64,000 nt of DNA from Clostridiales bacterium (GCA_012841525.1 DUUO01000032.1:6166-70165), one strand, 5' to 3'; counted from the first letter of the stretch, positions 24,794 to 36,732 are shown. The notes: generated by a model not told the origin, from the letters alone. Numbers and translations are program-made.

Positions 24794-25359
24794 TGCAAAT
24801 TTTATTAGCATCAGCATCACCTAGAAGAAAAGAAATTTTATCTAGAATAATTGGCAATAATTTTATCGCCAAGGGTTTTGATGTTGATGAAAATTATTTT
24901 GCTGAAACACCAGAAGAAACAACCATAGAGCTTGCCAAACGAAAACTTAAAGCAGTTAACGATCCTCAATTATATGATGTCATAATAACGAGTGATACAA
25001 TTGTTTGGGAAAATGGTGTTTATTATGGTAAACCCAGCAATTTGGAAGAAGCAAAACAAATGCTTTTAGATCTTTCAGATAAAACTCATAAAGTTATATC
25101 TAGTATATTAGTAAAATATAAAGATAAAATTGAAATAGATACATCGGTAAGTTTAGTTAAAATAAAAAACTTAGGACTAAAAGACATCGAAAATTATATA
25201 AAAAACTTTTATGTGTTAGATAAAGCAGGTTCTTACGCCATACAAGATGGTGTAATTGTTGAAAAATATACTGGAAGTTATGATAATATTGTTGGACTTC
25301 CAAGCGAAAAATTAATAGAAATTTTCAAAAAATTAAACTTGTCTAATATAATAAAATAA
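24793..25359 (+). CDS. maf: Maf-like nucleoside-triphosphate pyrophosphatase
   Basis: LASASPRRKEIL, SDTIV and KAGSYAIQ. The start overlaps the upstream stop (TAATG). Confidence 0.85.
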   Translation: MQILLASASPRRKEILSRIIGNNFIAKGFDVDENYFAETPEETTIELAKRKLKAVNDPQLYDVIITSDTIVWENGVYYGKPSNLEEAKQMLLDLSDKTHKVISSILVKYKDKIEIDTSVSLVKIKNLGLKDIENYIKNFYVLDKAGSYAIQDGVIVEKYTGSYDNIVGLPSEKLIEIFKKLNLSNIIK

Positions 25360-25440
25360 ATAAAAATTAATTATAAAAAATTGTTTATTAACAATGAAAT
25401 TATGAAATATAAATATTGCAAAATTGATTAGGAGCTATTG

Positions 25441-26424
25441 ATGAAAAAAAGTCAATGTATTGTCGATATAGGGACAAATAATATTGCTTTTGTTAGTGAT
25501 ATGGGAGTTTTTATAGAACCAAATATTGCTATAGTGTCACGGTTTCCTAAAATTTCCTTAGTTGCTGCTGGAAAAGAAGCAAAGAAGGCTATGATTAAAT
25601 TAAAACAAGAAGAAACTGTGATTTATCCCGTAGTTGATGGAGCAGTAATAAATGTTGAGGTTTTAGCTTTAATGCTTAAACATTTTTTTTCTATATATGC
25701 ACCACCAAGATTGTTTCAGCAGATGGAAATTTATGTCCCAGTACCTTGTGGCTTATCAATTGTAGAGCGTGAAAACATAGAAGCGGCAGTTATAAAAGCA
25801 GGGTATAAAGATGTAACTTTATTTGAATCCATGGTCACATTATTGCCACACCTTCCTAAATTGCCTGTTGCAGTAGTGATTATTGGAGCAGGGAATACTG
25901 AAATTGGTGTTTTAGATAAAAACGGAATTGTTGCAGGTTGCTCTGTTAATATTGCAGGAAATTTAATAAACAGTAAAATAAAAGAACAGTTGTTGGAGCA
26001 ACAAAATTTTATGATAAGTTGGGCAATGGCTGAAGATATAAAAAACAATATTGGTAGTTTACATGAAAATGATTATAGTGGAATGGAAATTATTGGAAAA
26101 GATATTTTAGAAAATAAAATGAAAAAAATAGATATTACTGCTTCAAATATTAGGACGAGCATTCATTTTTGCTTCAAAAAAATAGCAGAAATTATTGAAA
26201 GCGTTTTAACGACACTTCCAAATAATATGTTGGATGAAGTTACAAAAAATGGTGTATATATAGCAGGTGGGGGGAGTAAAATAAACGGATTAACTAATTT
26301 TTTCTCAAATTATTTAAAACTTCCAATTTATACAATTGATAATCCTGAATATGCAGAAGTATTTGGGTTATCAAAAATGCTAGTAGAGCCAAAATATAAG
26401 AAGTTTTTTGCAAACACTAGGTAA
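25441..26424 (+). CDS. Divergent MreB-like actin-fold protein
   Basis: Motifs are DIGTNNIAF (phosphate-1), VVIIGAGNTEIGV (phosphate-2, with Ile where MreB has Asp), ..VNIAGNLINSKI.. and IAGGGSKINGL. It follows maf as mreB does in Bacillus. SD aggag is spaced for the ATG at 25441. Confidence 0.65.
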   Translation: MKKSQCIVDIGTNNIAFVSDMGVFIEPNIAIVSRFPKISLVAAGKEAKKAMIKLKQEETVIYPVVDGAVINVEVLALMLKHFFSIYAPPRLFQQMEIYVPVPCGLSIVERENIEAAVIKAGYKDVTLFESMVTLLPHLPKLPVAVVIIGAGNTEIGVLDKNGIVAGCSVNIAGNLINSKIKEQLLEQQNFMISWAMAEDIKNNIGSLHENDYSGMEIIGKDILENKMKKIDITASNIRTSIHFCFKKIAEIIESVLTTLPNNMLDEVTKNGVYIAGGGSKINGLTNFFSNYLKLPIYTIDNPEYAEVFGLSKMLVEPKYKKFFANTR

Positions 26425-26503
26425 AATAATATTTTTCAATTAAAAACATTTAGAAATAGTTAAAATTAGTGTTAAACTACATATATGTTATAAGGAGAAC
26501 GCT

Positions 26504-27265
26504 ATGAAAAAAGAAGAAATAAAAAGTCAGATTTTAACTATACCAAATATTTTAACTTTTATAAGAATTTTAGCAGTTCCATTTTTTATGTGGTTGACAA
26601 TTGATAAGAAAATGTGGGTAGCTGCAGGTGGATATAGTTTCCCAATTATAGGATTTGCAATTATGCTTTTTGCGGCAGCAACCGATGTAGTAGATGGTCA
26701 TATAGCAAGAAAATATAATCAAACAACTGCTTTAGGTGCAGCAATTGATCCTGTTGCAGATAAACTTATGCACGTAGCAACTTTAATTTGCTTGGTTGTA
26801 ATAGGATTTGTGCATTGGGCGTTTTTAGTTTTGATTTTTCTAAAAGAACTATTAATGGTCATAGGTGGCTTTGTTGTTTTGAAATATGCACAACCAATTA
26901 AAGCAAACATGGCTGGTAAAGTCGCTTCAGCAACTTTGTCACTAGGTGTGTTTTTGTCATTTTTCCATCCCATTTTTGCAAAATATGTTTTTTATTTAGA
27001 TTGGATAGTAATTGGGATAGCAACGGTTATGACATATTACGCATTTGCAGGATATGTAAAGCAAGTTATTCCTGTATATAAAACTATTTTTAAAGCGTTT
27101 AAAGAAGGTAAAGATCCAAATGATTATTTTTCTCAACCAGAAGAAGATAATTTGGAAAAAACTTCAAATAATGAGCAAACCGTGGAAGAAAATGATACAT
27201 CTAATTTAAATGCAGAAGAAAACGATATTGATAAAATTGTATCAAATAATGATAAAGATGAATAG
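26504..27265 (+). CDS. pgsA: CDP-alcohol phosphatidyltransferase (phosphatidylglycerophosphate synthase-like) with acidic C-terminal tail
   Basis: The motif DVVDGHIARKYNQTTALGAAIDPVADK fits D-x2-DG-x2-AR-x8-G-x3-D-x3-D. The protein has multiple TM helices. Confidence 0.8.
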   Translation: MKKEEIKSQILTIPNILTFIRILAVPFFMWLTIDKKMWVAAGGYSFPIIGFAIMLFAAATDVVDGHIARKYNQTTALGAAIDPVADKLMHVATLICLVVIGFVHWAFLVLIFLKELLMVIGGFVVLKYAQPIKANMAGKVASATLSLGVFLSFFHPIFAKYVFYLDWIVIGIATVMTYYAFAGYVKQVIPVYKTIFKAFKEGKDPNDYFSQPEEDNLEKTSNNEQTVEENDTSNLNAEENDIDKIVSNNDKDE

Positions 27266-27292
27266 ATTATAAGAATTTTACATAATAAGTCT

Positions 27293-27321
27293 AAATACAG
27301 TTCAATTCGAACTGTATTTTT
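27293..27321 (+). terminator. Intrinsic terminator after pgsA
   Basis: An 11-bp stem AAATACAGTTC / GAACTGTATTT with loop aattc, running into a T-run. Confidence 0.8.
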
Positions 27322-27342
27322 AGAAAATTAAAGAAGGTAATT

Positions 27343-29967
27343 ATGAACAAAAAACTAGCAAAAAACTTTGAACCGAAAAATTTTGAAAAGTCCATATATG
27401 AAAAATGGGAAAAATCGGGATATTTTACACCTGAAATTGATCCAAACAAAGAACCATTTTGCATTATGATGCCTCCACCAAATATTACGGGGCAACTTCA
27501 TATGGGGCATGCTTTAACATATACAATTCAAGATATAATTATTAGACATAGAAGAATGCTAGGCTATTCTACTTTATGGCTTCCAGGCACTGATCATGCA
27601 AGTATAGCGACAGAAGTTAAAATTGTTGAAATGCTTAATAAACAAGGCATGACTAAAGAGAGTTTAGGCAGGGAAGGTTTTTTAGAAAAAGCATATGAGT
27701 GGAAAGAAAAATATGGTGGGACAATTGTAAAACAATTGAGATGTTTAGGAAGTTCTTGTGATTGGACAAAAGAAGCGTTTACTATGGATGAAAGATGTTC
27801 AAAGGCCGTAAGAGAAGTGTTTGTTCGTTTATATGAAAAGGGCTTAATTTATCAAGGCGATAGAATAATAAACTGGTGTCCGAGTTGCTTAACTGCATTG
27901 TCAGATGCTGAAGTTGAATATGAAAATCAAGATAGTCATTTATGGTATATAAAATATCCTTATCTAGATGGCTCTGGATATATGGTCATTGCAACAACTA
28001 GGCCAGAAACTATGTTGGGTGATGTCGCTGTTGCTGTAAACCCAAATGATAAAAAATATAGAGATAAGGTTGGCAAAATGCTTAAACTGCCTTTAACTGA
28101 TAGGGAAATTCCTGTAATTGCAGATGATTATGTGGAATCTAGTTTTGGAACTGGAGCAGTTAAAATTACACCCGCACATGACCCTAATGATTTTGAGATA
28201 GGATTAAGGCATAATTTAGAAGTTATTAAAGTTATTGCTGACGATGGAAAAATGAACGAAAATGCCTTTGAGTATGTAAATTTAACCAGAGAAGAAGCAA
28301 GAGTTAAGGTTGTAAAAGACTTAGAAAAATTAGGATATATTGAAAAAATTGAAGATTATGAACACAATGTAGGCTGTTGTTATAGATGTCATACTAGCAT
28401 TGAGCCTATTGTAAGCAAACAATGGTTTGTTTCAATGGAAGAATTAGCAAAGCCAGCAATTGAAGTCGTTAGAGATAAAAGTGTAAAATTTATTCCAGAA
28501 AGATTTTCAAAAACTTACTTCAACTGGATGGAAAATATTAAAGATTGGTGTATTTCTAGACAACTATGGTGGGGACATAGAATTCCCGCATGGCATTGTA
28601 GAGATTGTGGGCATATCACCGTTTCAAGAGAAAATCCTACAAAATGTGAAAATTGTGGCAGCACAAATATTTATCAAGATGAAGACGTACTAGATACTTG
28701 GTTTAGTAGTGCACTTTGGCCTTTTTCAACTCTTGGTTTTCCTGATAAAACAAAAGAATTGGACTATTTTTATCCTACTAGTGTTTTGGTTACTGGTTAT
28801 GATATTATCTTTTTCTGGGTTGCTAGAATGATTTTCAGTGGAATTGAAAATATGGGTAAATATCCATTTAGCGAAGTTTTAATTCACGGTATTGTTAGAG
28901 ATGCTGAAGGAAGAAAAATGAGTAAATCTTTAGGCAATGGAATTGACCCTTTGATGCTCATAGAAAAATATGGGGCAGATGTTTTGAGATTTAGTTTATG
29001 CATGGGTGTAGCACCTGGTGCTGATATTAAATTTAGTGAAGATAAAATGGAGCCAATACGAAACTTTTTGAATAAATTATGGAATGCTTCAAGATATACA
29101 TTAATGAACATTGAAGGATTAGAGTTGCCAAAACTTGGAAGTTTTGAGCCCTCAAACATCGATAAATGGATGCTACATAAGTTAAATCAAGTTTCAGATG
29201 AATTAAATAAAAACTTTACTAGCTATGAACTAGGACTTGCATCTGCAAAATTATATGACTTTATTTGGGGCGAAGTTTGTGACTGGTATATCGAATTTAC
29301 AAAACCCGCAATTTATGGAGATGATGAAGAATCTAAATTAAAAACACTTGCAGTTTTGAAGTATGTAATGCAACAAAGCTTAAAATTATTACATCCATTT
29401 GCTCCATTTATTACAGAAGAAATTTGGCAAAATTTAGGTTATAGTGAAACTATTATGCTTGCAAGTTTTCCTGTTTTCAATGATGAGTTTTGCTTTGAGA
29501 AAGAACATTATGAAATTGAACATGTTAAAGATATAATTAAGGCAATTAGAAATTTAAGAGCTCAAATGGATGTTTTACCTTCTAAAAAAATTCAACTATA
29601 TATTCAAACTGACAAAAAAGATTTGATTGAGACAAATTCTGTATATATTGAGAAATTAGCAGGGTGTAAAGGAATTAGTTTTGTAAACTCTTCTTATGAA
29701 TTAAATGAAAAGTTTGCAACGATTGTTACAAGTATTGTCCAAATATATATTCCACTTGGCGATTTAATAGATGTTAAAAAAGAACTTGAAAGATTAAATG
29801 TTGAAATTGAAAAACTTAACAAAGAAATAAAAAGGGGAAATTCAATGCTATCAAATCAAGGATTTGTATCAAAAGCACCAAAACATTTAGTTGAGGAAGA
29901 AAGAAAAAAATTAGCAGCCAACAAAGATAAACTAGAAAGACTTTCGGCAAGAATAAAAGAGTTATAA
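27343..29967 (+). CDS. valS: Valyl-tRNA synthetase
   Basis: Track ORF with class I motifs (QL)HMGH and KMSKS, and a C-terminal coiled coil. Confidence 0.95.
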   Translation: MNKKLAKNFEPKNFEKSIYEKWEKSGYFTPEIDPNKEPFCIMMPPPNITGQLHMGHALTYTIQDIIIRHRRMLGYSTLWLPGTDHASIATEVKIVEMLNKQGMTKESLGREGFLEKAYEWKEKYGGTIVKQLRCLGSSCDWTKEAFTMDERCSKAVREVFVRLYEKGLIYQGDRIINWCPSCLTALSDAEVEYENQDSHLWYIKYPYLDGSGYMVIATTRPETMLGDVAVAVNPNDKKYRDKVGKMLKLPLTDREIPVIADDYVESSFGTGAVKITPAHDPNDFEIGLRHNLEVIKVIADDGKMNENAFEYVNLTREEARVKVVKDLEKLGYIEKIEDYEHNVGCCYRCHTSIEPIVSKQWFVSMEELAKPAIEVVRDKSVKFIPERFSKTYFNWMENIKDWCISRQLWWGHRIPAWHCRDCGHITVSRENPTKCENCGSTNIYQDEDVLDTWFSSALWPFSTLGFPDKTKELDYFYPTSVLVTGYDIIFFWVARMIFSGIENMGKYPFSEVLIHGIVRDAEGRKMSKSLGNGIDPLMLIEKYGADVLRFSLCMGVAPGADIKFSEDKMEPIRNFLNKLWNASRYTLMNIEGLELPKLGSFEPSNIDKWMLHKLNQVSDELNKNFTSYELGLASAKLYDFIWGEVCDWYIEFTKPAIYGDDEESKLKTLAVLKYVMQQSLKLLHPFAPFITEEIWQNLGYSETIMLASFPVFNDEFCFEKEHYEIEHVKDIIKAIRNLRAQMDVLPSKKIQLYIQTDKKDLIETNSVYIEKLAGCKGISFVNSSYELNEKFATIVTSIVQIYIPLGDLIDVKKELERLNVEIEKLNKEIKRGNSMLSNQGFVSKAPKHLVEEERKKLAANKDKLERLSARIKEL

Positions 29968-30123
29968 ACATAAAATTTTTGTTTGTATATTGTTTAAGTC
30001 AAAAAGAAGGTACACTAATATAAAAATATATGTATGTTTTGCCTAAAAAATATAGTATAATCTAAATAATAGATAAAGTTAATAAAATATTGTGGAGGTG
30101 GGCGTTAAAACGCTAGAAAAATT

Positions 30124-31776
30124 ATGAATAAGTTTAAATTGTGTATCAAATATAAAGTAGATGGAAAAGAAAAAATTAGTGATGCATATGAAAATCAAGA
30201 TTATGCAATAAAACAAAAAGATTCAGATAATCAATTAACATTAAAAATTATTCCTAAAAAAGAGCTTGAACTCATTAGATTTACGGCAGAATATCAATAT
30301 GATTTTGGAAGAGGTGATAGGTTCTTTGTTAATGGATATCAATCTTGGACTACTTCAAAAGAAGTTAGCTTTGCTGATAAAATGAAAAATTATAACAGAC
30401 TTGCTAATATAACAAAGAGAACTAAAGAATTTGCTAGATCTACAGGAGATTCATATATAATTGATTATCCTAAAAAAACAGGAATATTCCACTCATTTAC
30501 ATATACATATATCCGCAATGAAGAGAGTGTTGTTTTGTGGGGTTCAGCAAACGAGCGAACAGGCTATACCATATTTAGAGCTTTTATGGATGAAAATAAG
30601 CTTGAAGTAATTAAAGATGTTGAAGGTGTGGTAATAAGCAATGAATATGAATTGCTTGATATTGTAAGATACACTGGAACATATGATGAAGTTTTTGATA
30701 AGTATTTCAAATTTTTGGCATTTCCTGAACCAAAATTAAAATTCTTATCTGGATATACAAGCTGGTATAACTATTTTCAAAAAATTAGCGAAGATATAAT
30801 TTTAAGAGACTTAGAAGGAACTGAAAGGGTAAAAGAAAAAATTCAAATTTTCCAAATTGATGATGGATATGCACCAGCGGTTGGAGATTGGTTAGAATAT
30901 AATGAGAAATTCCCAAATGGGATGAAAGTTATTGCTGATAAAATACATGAAAAGGGCTACCTAGCAGGTATATGGCTTGCTCCTTTTAATGCGCAAATTA
31001 AATCAAAAATTGTTGAAACACATCCAGAGTGGTTTTTGAAACATCCAAATGGAAAATTTCAACTTGGCACAATTGCTTGGGGTGGTGCATATACATTAAA
31101 TCTTGATTTAGAAGAAGTAAAAGCACATATTAGAAATTTCTTTGATGTAATATTAAATGAATGGGGCTTTGACATGGTAAAGTTAGATTTTCTATATAGC
31201 CAATGTATATTCCCTAGAAATGGAAAAAGCCGTGGACAAATCATGTGTGAAGCGATGGACTTTTTAAGAGAATGTGTAGGTGATAAGCTTATACTTGGTT
31301 GTGGAGTTCCATTAGGACCTGCTTTTGGAAAAGTTGATGCTTGTAGAATTAGTTGTGATGTAGATCTATCTTTTAAGAATAGATATTATGCGAAAATGTT
31401 TTTAAATAATGAGATAATATCTACTAAAAATGCAATGACTAATTCAATATTTAGGAGACATTTAGATGGCAGAATTTTTTGCAACGATCCAGATGTCATG
31501 TTTTTCAGAAATAATAACTTAAGATTTAGTTGGGATCAAAAAATTATGCTAAGCACAGTAAACAATATGTTTGCCAATGTTTTATTTGTGTCAGATAATA
31601 TCGGAGATTATGATGATAGGGCCCTCGAGGCAATTAAAAATGCATTTACTAAAAAAGATATAGAAATTATTATGGCTGAATATATAGATGATGATTTTGT
31701 GAGAGTAAAAATAAAAGATGGCGAATATACTAAAGTTTTATCGTTTGACTTAAATAGCGGTGAAATGACACTATAA
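30124..31776 (+). CDS. Alpha-galactosidase-like glycoside hydrolase (clan GH-D, GH36/GH27-type)
   Basis: Track ORF with IFQIDDGYAP, the nucleophile region FDMVKLDFLY, and CDVD/NDPD motifs. The family call is by motif only. Confidence 0.55.
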   Translation: MNKFKLCIKYKVDGKEKISDAYENQDYAIKQKDSDNQLTLKIIPKKELELIRFTAEYQYDFGRGDRFFVNGYQSWTTSKEVSFADKMKNYNRLANITKRTKEFARSTGDSYIIDYPKKTGIFHSFTYTYIRNEESVVLWGSANERTGYTIFRAFMDENKLEVIKDVEGVVISNEYELLDIVRYTGTYDEVFDKYFKFLAFPEPKLKFLSGYTSWYNYFQKISEDIILRDLEGTERVKEKIQIFQIDDGYAPAVGDWLEYNEKFPNGMKVIADKIHEKGYLAGIWLAPFNAQIKSKIVETHPEWFLKHPNGKFQLGTIAWGGAYTLNLDLEEVKAHIRNFFDVILNEWGFDMVKLDFLYSQCIFPRNGKSRGQIMCEAMDFLRECVGDKLILGCGVPLGPAFGKVDACRISCDVDLSFKNRYYAKMFLNNEIISTKNAMTNSIFRRHLDGRIFCNDPDVMFFRNNNLRFSWDQKIMLSTVNNMFANVLFVSDNIGDYDDRALEAIKNAFTKKDIEIIMAEYIDDDFVRVKIKDGEYTKVLSFDLNSGEMTL

Positions 31777-31830
31777 TTTGTTTAGTATGATGAGTTTATT
31801 AGCATATAAAAATATTTAAAAATAAAATTG

Positions 31831-31867
31831 CTGCCTCAAATATTAATTATTGAGGCAGTGTTTTTTT
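31831..31867 (+). terminator. Intrinsic terminator after the alpha-galactosidase gene
   Basis: CTGCCTCA - 12-nt loop - TGAGGCAG, followed by tg and T7. Confidence 0.8.
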
Positions 31868-32133
31868 GTATCGCAATCAAAATAAATAGACATACAAAAA
31901 ATTATATTTGATATCGCAATTAATAGACTTAAGAAAAAGCATATTTTATATCGTAAAAAAGTTAATTTAATTACAAAAAAAGCATATATAATTTAGTAAA
32001 AAAACTATGTGATTTTAAATGAAAATATATAAAGTCTGAAATTTATTTAAAACACAACATATAGTGTAGTAAGGGATAAATTGACAATATAGGTTGTTTT
32101 TTGGTATATTTATTTAAGTTACAAGGAGGACAA

Positions 32134-34119
32134 ATGTCTAGAAAAAATACAAATAAATATAAAGCGGAAGATTTAGTTGTTCTAGAAGGCTTGGAGGCTG
32201 TTAGATTAAGGCCTGGAATGTACATAGGAACAACGGGAATAAAAGGGTTGCATCATATTCTTTGGGAAATTGTTGATAATGCAATGGACGAGGCTGCTAA
32301 TGGATATGCAGACACAATAAAAGTTTGCTTGAAAAAAGATGGCTCTGTTTCAGTCGAGGATAATGGCAGAGGAATTCCTGTAGATATACATCCAAAACAT
32401 AAGATAAGTGGTGTTGAATTAGTTTATACAAGACTACACGCAGGTGGTAAATTCGATAATAAAGAATATAAATTTAGTGGTGGTTTGCATGGTGTTGGTG
32501 CTTCTGTTACAAATGCTTTATCTAAGTGGCTAAAAGTTGAAGTTTATAAAAACAACAATTTATATATTCAAGAATTTCACAGTTATTCCGATGAAAAAGG
32601 AACTCATTCAGGTGTTCCCAAAGGACCGATTAAAAATACGGGTAAAGCAAAAGGAAGAGGAACTAGAGTAACATTTTTACCAGATGATGAGGTTTTTGAA
32701 AGCATATATTTTGATAGAAAAACAATTAGAACAAGACTTAAAGAGCTCGCATATCTTAATAAAGGCGTTAAAATGATATTAATTGATGAAAGAGAGCAAG
32801 ATGAAGATGGCGAAAATTATAAATATGAATTTTTATTCAAAGGCGGTCTTGTAAATTTCATTAATGACATTACAGAATCTAAACAAAGACGAAGTGATAA
32901 AGTTATATATTTTGAGGAAAAACAAGAGAATTTTGAATTAGAAATTGCGATTCAATATGCTGTTGAATATACAGAGACAATAATTTCATATGTAAATAAT
33001 ATTCCGACATCTGAAGGCGGCACACATGAAACTGGATTTAAGCAAGCATTTACAAAATGCATGAACAATTATGTTCAAAAGAATAATCTTGTGCGGAATA
33101 AAAACGTCAATATTATAGGTGATGATTATCGCGAAGGAATAAATGTTGTTATTAGCATAAGAATGCAAAATATACAATTTGAAGGTCAAACTAAAAACAA
33201 ACTAGGAAACCCTGAAGTTAAAGGCATTGTTGAAAGCATTGTAACTGAGCAATTTAATGCATATCTTAATGAAAATAAAAATAAAGATATGGCAAGGATG
33301 ATTGCTAAAATTGGAATTGACGCTGAAGAAGTTAGAAGAGCTGAAAAACATATTAAAAAAGTAATGCGTGAGAAAAACGCAAATACTGGTAAAATTTTAG
33401 CAGGGAAATTGAGTTCTTCCACAGGACGCAGGCCTGAAAAAAATGAAATTTTCATAGTTGAAGGTGATAGTGCAGGTGGTACAGCAAAACAAGCAAGGAA
33501 TAAAAGTTTTCAAGCGGTTTTACCTTTGAAAGGTAAATCCATAAATGTTGAAAAAAGAAGAAAATCAGAAGTTATAGGAAATGATGAGATCCAAACTTTA
33601 ATTTTTGCTTTAGGTTGTGATATTGACAAAGATTTTGATATTAATAAATTAAAATATCATAAGATTATAATATTATCCGATGCTGATCATGATGGTGAGC
33701 ACATAAGATCTTTGTTATTGACTTTTTTCTATAGATATATGAGACCACTAATAACAAATGGACACATATATGTTGGCGTTCCACCTTTGTATAAACTGAC
33801 AAAGAAAAAAGAAACGTTATATGCATACAATGATAGGGAATTAGATAAAATACTTGCAAATGATGCAACAAGAGGGAAATATGTCATACAAAGATATAAA
33901 GGACTTGGTGAAATGAATCCCTCTCAACTTTGGGAAACAACACTAAATCCAGAAACTAGAACTATGATGAAAATTACTGTAGAAGATGCAGCGGAAGCAG
34001 AAAGAATGATATCAATACTAATGGGTTCTGATAGTGTTGCAAGAAAGGATTTTATTAATGAAAATGCTGAGTTTAATAAAGAAGACTCATTTAGAAGTAA
34101 ATATGGAGGGGAAAACTAA
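32134..34119 (+). CDS. parE: Type IIA topoisomerase ATPase subunit, most likely topoisomerase IV subunit B
   Basis: SD aaggagga plus the ATG at 32134; the track start at 32101 is an upstream extension. Motifs are LEGLEAVRLRPGMYIG, EGDSAGG, PLKGKSINVEK and DADHDGEHI. The parE rather than gyrB call follows from the partner gene. Confidence 0.75.
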   Translation: MSRKNTNKYKAEDLVVLEGLEAVRLRPGMYIGTTGIKGLHHILWEIVDNAMDEAANGYADTIKVCLKKDGSVSVEDNGRGIPVDIHPKHKISGVELVYTRLHAGGKFDNKEYKFSGGLHGVGASVTNALSKWLKVEVYKNNNLYIQEFHSYSDEKGTHSGVPKGPIKNTGKAKGRGTRVTFLPDDEVFESIYFDRKTIRTRLKELAYLNKGVKMILIDEREQDEDGENYKYEFLFKGGLVNFINDITESKQRRSDKVIYFEEKQENFELEIAIQYAVEYTETIISYVNNIPTSEGGTHETGFKQAFTKCMNNYVQKNNLVRNKNVNIIGDDYREGINVVISIRMQNIQFEGQTKNKLGNPEVKGIVESIVTEQFNAYLNENKNKDMARMIAKIGIDAEEVRRAEKHIKKVMREKNANTGKILAGKLSSSTGRRPEKNEIFIVEGDSAGGTAKQARNKSFQAVLPLKGKSINVEKRRKSEVIGNDEIQTLIFALGCDIDKDFDINKLKYHKIIILSDADHDGEHIRSLLLTFFYRYMRPLITNGHIYVGVPPLYKLTKKKETLYAYNDRELDKILANDATRGKYVIQRYKGLGEMNPSQLWETTLNPETRTMMKITVEDAAEAERMISILMGSDSVARKDFINENAEFNKEDSFRSKYGGEN

Positions 34120-36636
34120 ATGTCTGATAATTTTAATGATTTTGAAGAAAAAAACGCAGATGGAGTTTTTGAAAAACCTCTAGAAGAACTTTTGCCAAAA
34201 TCCATGATGACATATGCAGAATATATAATTTTGGAAAGAGCATTGCCAAGAGTTGAAGATGGATTAAAGCCTGTTCAAAGAAGAATTTTATATACAATGT
34301 ATACATTGGGTATGCGACCTGATGCTGATTTTAAGAAATGTGCAAGAATTGTAGGAGATGTTTTAGGTAAATATCATCCTCATGGAGATACATCTATTTA
34401 TGACGCAATGGTAAAGCTTGCACAAGATTTTAATATGAGAAATATTTTAATCGAAGGCCAAGGAAACTTTGGATCAATTGATGGTGATAGCCCAGCGGCA
34501 ATGAGATATACAGAAGCAAGACTTGCGCCACTAAGCATGGAAATGCTAAAAGATATCGAAAAAAAATCAATAATTGATTGGAGAAAAAATTTCGATGATA
34601 CTCTAGACGAACCAGATTTACTCCCCGCAAGATTTCCAAATTTATTAGTAAATGGCTCAACTGGAATTTCTATTGGATTTGCAACTGATATTCCATCACA
34701 TAATCTTACAGAAGTTATCGATGGTTGCATTGCAATGATTGATAAGCCAAGCATAAAACTAGATGAGCTCATGACTATAATAAAAGGTCCTGATTTTCCA
34801 TCTGGTGGTTTTATGTATGGTGGTGATCAACTTGTACAAGCATATGAAACTGGTAGAGGTAGAGTAGAACTTAGAGGAAAAGTAGATATTGAAAATGAGC
34901 CAAATGGCTCTCAAAGTATTGTAATTACTGAAATACCATATAATGCTAAAAAAACAGGTATAATTGAAAAAATTTATCAACTAAAAGATAAAAAATCGCC
35001 TTTATATCTAGATGTAGTTGATGTTATAGATGAATCTGACAGAAACGGCATGAGAATTGTGGTCAAACTTAAAAAGGGAGCAGATTCAATAAAGCTACTA
35101 AATAAACTATATAAAGACACAAACTTACAAACAAGAGTAAGTATAAATATGGTTGCAGTTGCGGGTGGAAAGCCAAAGCAAATGGGACTTATTCAAATAC
35201 TAAAATATTATCTTGAGTATCAAAGAAAAGTTATTTATAGAAGAAGCTTACATGATATTAATAATGCAAAAGCAAGAGCGCATATACTAGAAGGATATAA
35301 TATTATTATTGCAGATATAGATGAAGTTATTTCAATAATTAGAAACAGCTCTTCTAGAACAGAGTCTAAAGCAAAATTAAAAGAACATTTTGAACTTTCT
35401 GAAGCACAAGCAGAAGCAGTGTTATCATTACAACTAGGTAATATTAATAAGTTGGATGTAAACAAATATACTCTAGAATTAGCAGAGCTTTTAGACACAA
35501 TTGATAAACTTTCAAAAGTCATTGCTTCAGTTAGAGAACAAGATAAAGTTATTAAAAGAGAATTAATAGAAATTAGAGATAAATATAAAGTTAAGCGTCT
35601 AACTACAATAGTGGATAGTTTTAAGGATATTGATGTTAGGCCTGCAGATATTGAACAATTAGGTGCCGGAAAGAGATGTTTTGTGGGTATTGATTTTGAA
35701 GGCCGTGTTAAAGTTTTGTCTAGCAGAAGTTATTTATGGGCAAACAGAGAAGCAGAATTTGTAGAATATAAATCACTTTTGACATCACTTGTTCAAGTTG
35801 AATCAAATCATACAACTTTGATTTTTGGCAATAAAGGTAATTGTTATAAATTGGACACAAATACTGCACCTGAAAGACCATGGGAAGAACCTGCAATGAC
35901 GCTTGAGGAATTGTTTGAAAATATAGAACAAAAAGATGAAAAAGCGGTGTTTTTACTTTCATTTGATGCTGATAAAGTAGATGATTATCAAGAGGTTTTT
36001 TATTATACAAAACAAGGTTTAATTAAAAGAACTTTATTAAAAAATTATATTGTTAACAGAGAAATATTCCAATATGGAAAGATTAATGAAGGCGATGAAG
36101 TCATCAATGGTGAAATTGCAGATCCTACAGCAACAGTGTTTTTCATTTCAAGCGACGGACTTTGTGTGAATATGTTAACTAATGAAGTTTCGCAACAAGG
36201 AAGAATTGCAGGCGGAGTTCAAGCAATGAATTTAAATCCTGGTGAAGAAGTTATTTATGCTGAACAAGCAACAGTAGAGAATTATTCTTTGCTCGAAGAA
36301 GATTGTTCTGCTCTTGGCGAAATTGTAATTATTAATGATAAAGGCATAGGGAAAAGAGTTGTTGCATCAACGTTTTCTCCAATGAGAAGGGCACGAAAAG
36401 GCATTAGAATTATGGATGTATATAAACAAAAAACCAAGGTTATGTTTGCAAAAAAAGTTTTAGAGCCTTTCGATGTTGTGTTTATATTTGATGATTATAA
36501 AACTAAAGTTGTTAATACTGAAGATATCCGTATTGAAAACAAGGATTCAAAAGGAAAAGCCATTGTTGCAAAATCAAATAAAATTTTGAAAATAATAAAA
36601 CATATTTCGGATGTAGATAGCGACGAAAATTTATAA
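34120..36636 (+). CDS. parC: Type IIA topoisomerase DNA-cleavage subunit, most likely topoisomerase IV subunit A
   Basis: Contains [11 protein letters not shown], whereas GyrA typically has KPVHRR. Active-site region [10 protein letters not shown] is present. I saw no GyrA-box (Q-x-R-G-G-x-G) at the start of the C-terminal domain, and there is no oriC/dnaA context. Confidence 0.75.
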   Translation: MSDNFNDFEEKNADGVFEKPLEELLPKSMMTYAEYIILERALPRVEDGLKPVQRRILYTMYTLGMRPDADFKKCARIVGDVLGKYHPHGDTSIYDAMVKLAQDFNMRNILIEGQGNFGSIDGDSPAAMRYTEARLAPLSMEMLKDIEKKSIIDWRKNFDDTLDEPDLLPARFPNLLVNGSTGISIGFATDIPSHNLTEVIDGCIAMIDKPSIKLDELMTIIKGPDFPSGGFMYGGDQLVQAYETGRGRVELRGKVDIENEPNGSQSIVITEIPYNAKKTGIIEKIYQLKDKKSPLYLDVVDVIDESDRNGMRIVVKLKKGADSIKLLNKLYKDTNLQTRVSINMVAVAGGKPKQMGLIQILKYYLEYQRKVIYRRSLHDINNAKARAHILEGYNIIIADIDEVISIIRNSSSRTESKAKLKEHFELSEAQAEAVLSLQLGNINKLDVNKYTLELAELLDTIDKLSKVIASVREQDKVIKRELIEIRDKYKVKRLTTIVDSFKDIDVRPADIEQLGAGKRCFVGIDFEGRVKVLSSRSYLWANREAEFVEYKSLLTSLVQVESNHTTLIFGNKGNCYKLDTNTAPERPWEEPAMTLEELFENIEQKDEKAVFLLSFDADKVDDYQEVFYYTKQGLIKRTLLKNYIVNREIFQYGKINEGDEVINGEIADPTATVFFISSDGLCVNMLTNEVSQQGRIAGGVQAMNLNPGEEVIYAEQATVENYSLLEEDCSALGEIVIINDKGIGKRVVASTFSPMRRARKGIRIMDVYKQKTKVMFAKKVLEPFDVVFIFDDYKTKVVNTEDIRIENKDSKGKAIVAKSNKILKIIKHISDVDSDENL

Positions 36637-36732
36637 TTTAATATTCAAAATATCCAATCTATTGATGAAAACAAAAATTGAGTTAAATAGGGATATAAAT
36701 ATTAATTATTTGTTTTAATAAGTTAGATTAAT

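Noticed and set aside
30095-30127. A strong SD-like GGAGGTG followed by a 9-codon GTG mini-ORF and a small GC hairpin (gcgttaaaacgc) just upstream of the alpha-galactosidase gene, considered as a leader peptide or attenuator.
   Set aside because: The GTG is directly adjacent to the SD with no spacing. The hairpin has only 4-5 bp and a tiny loop. No terminator or antiterminator alternative is visible.
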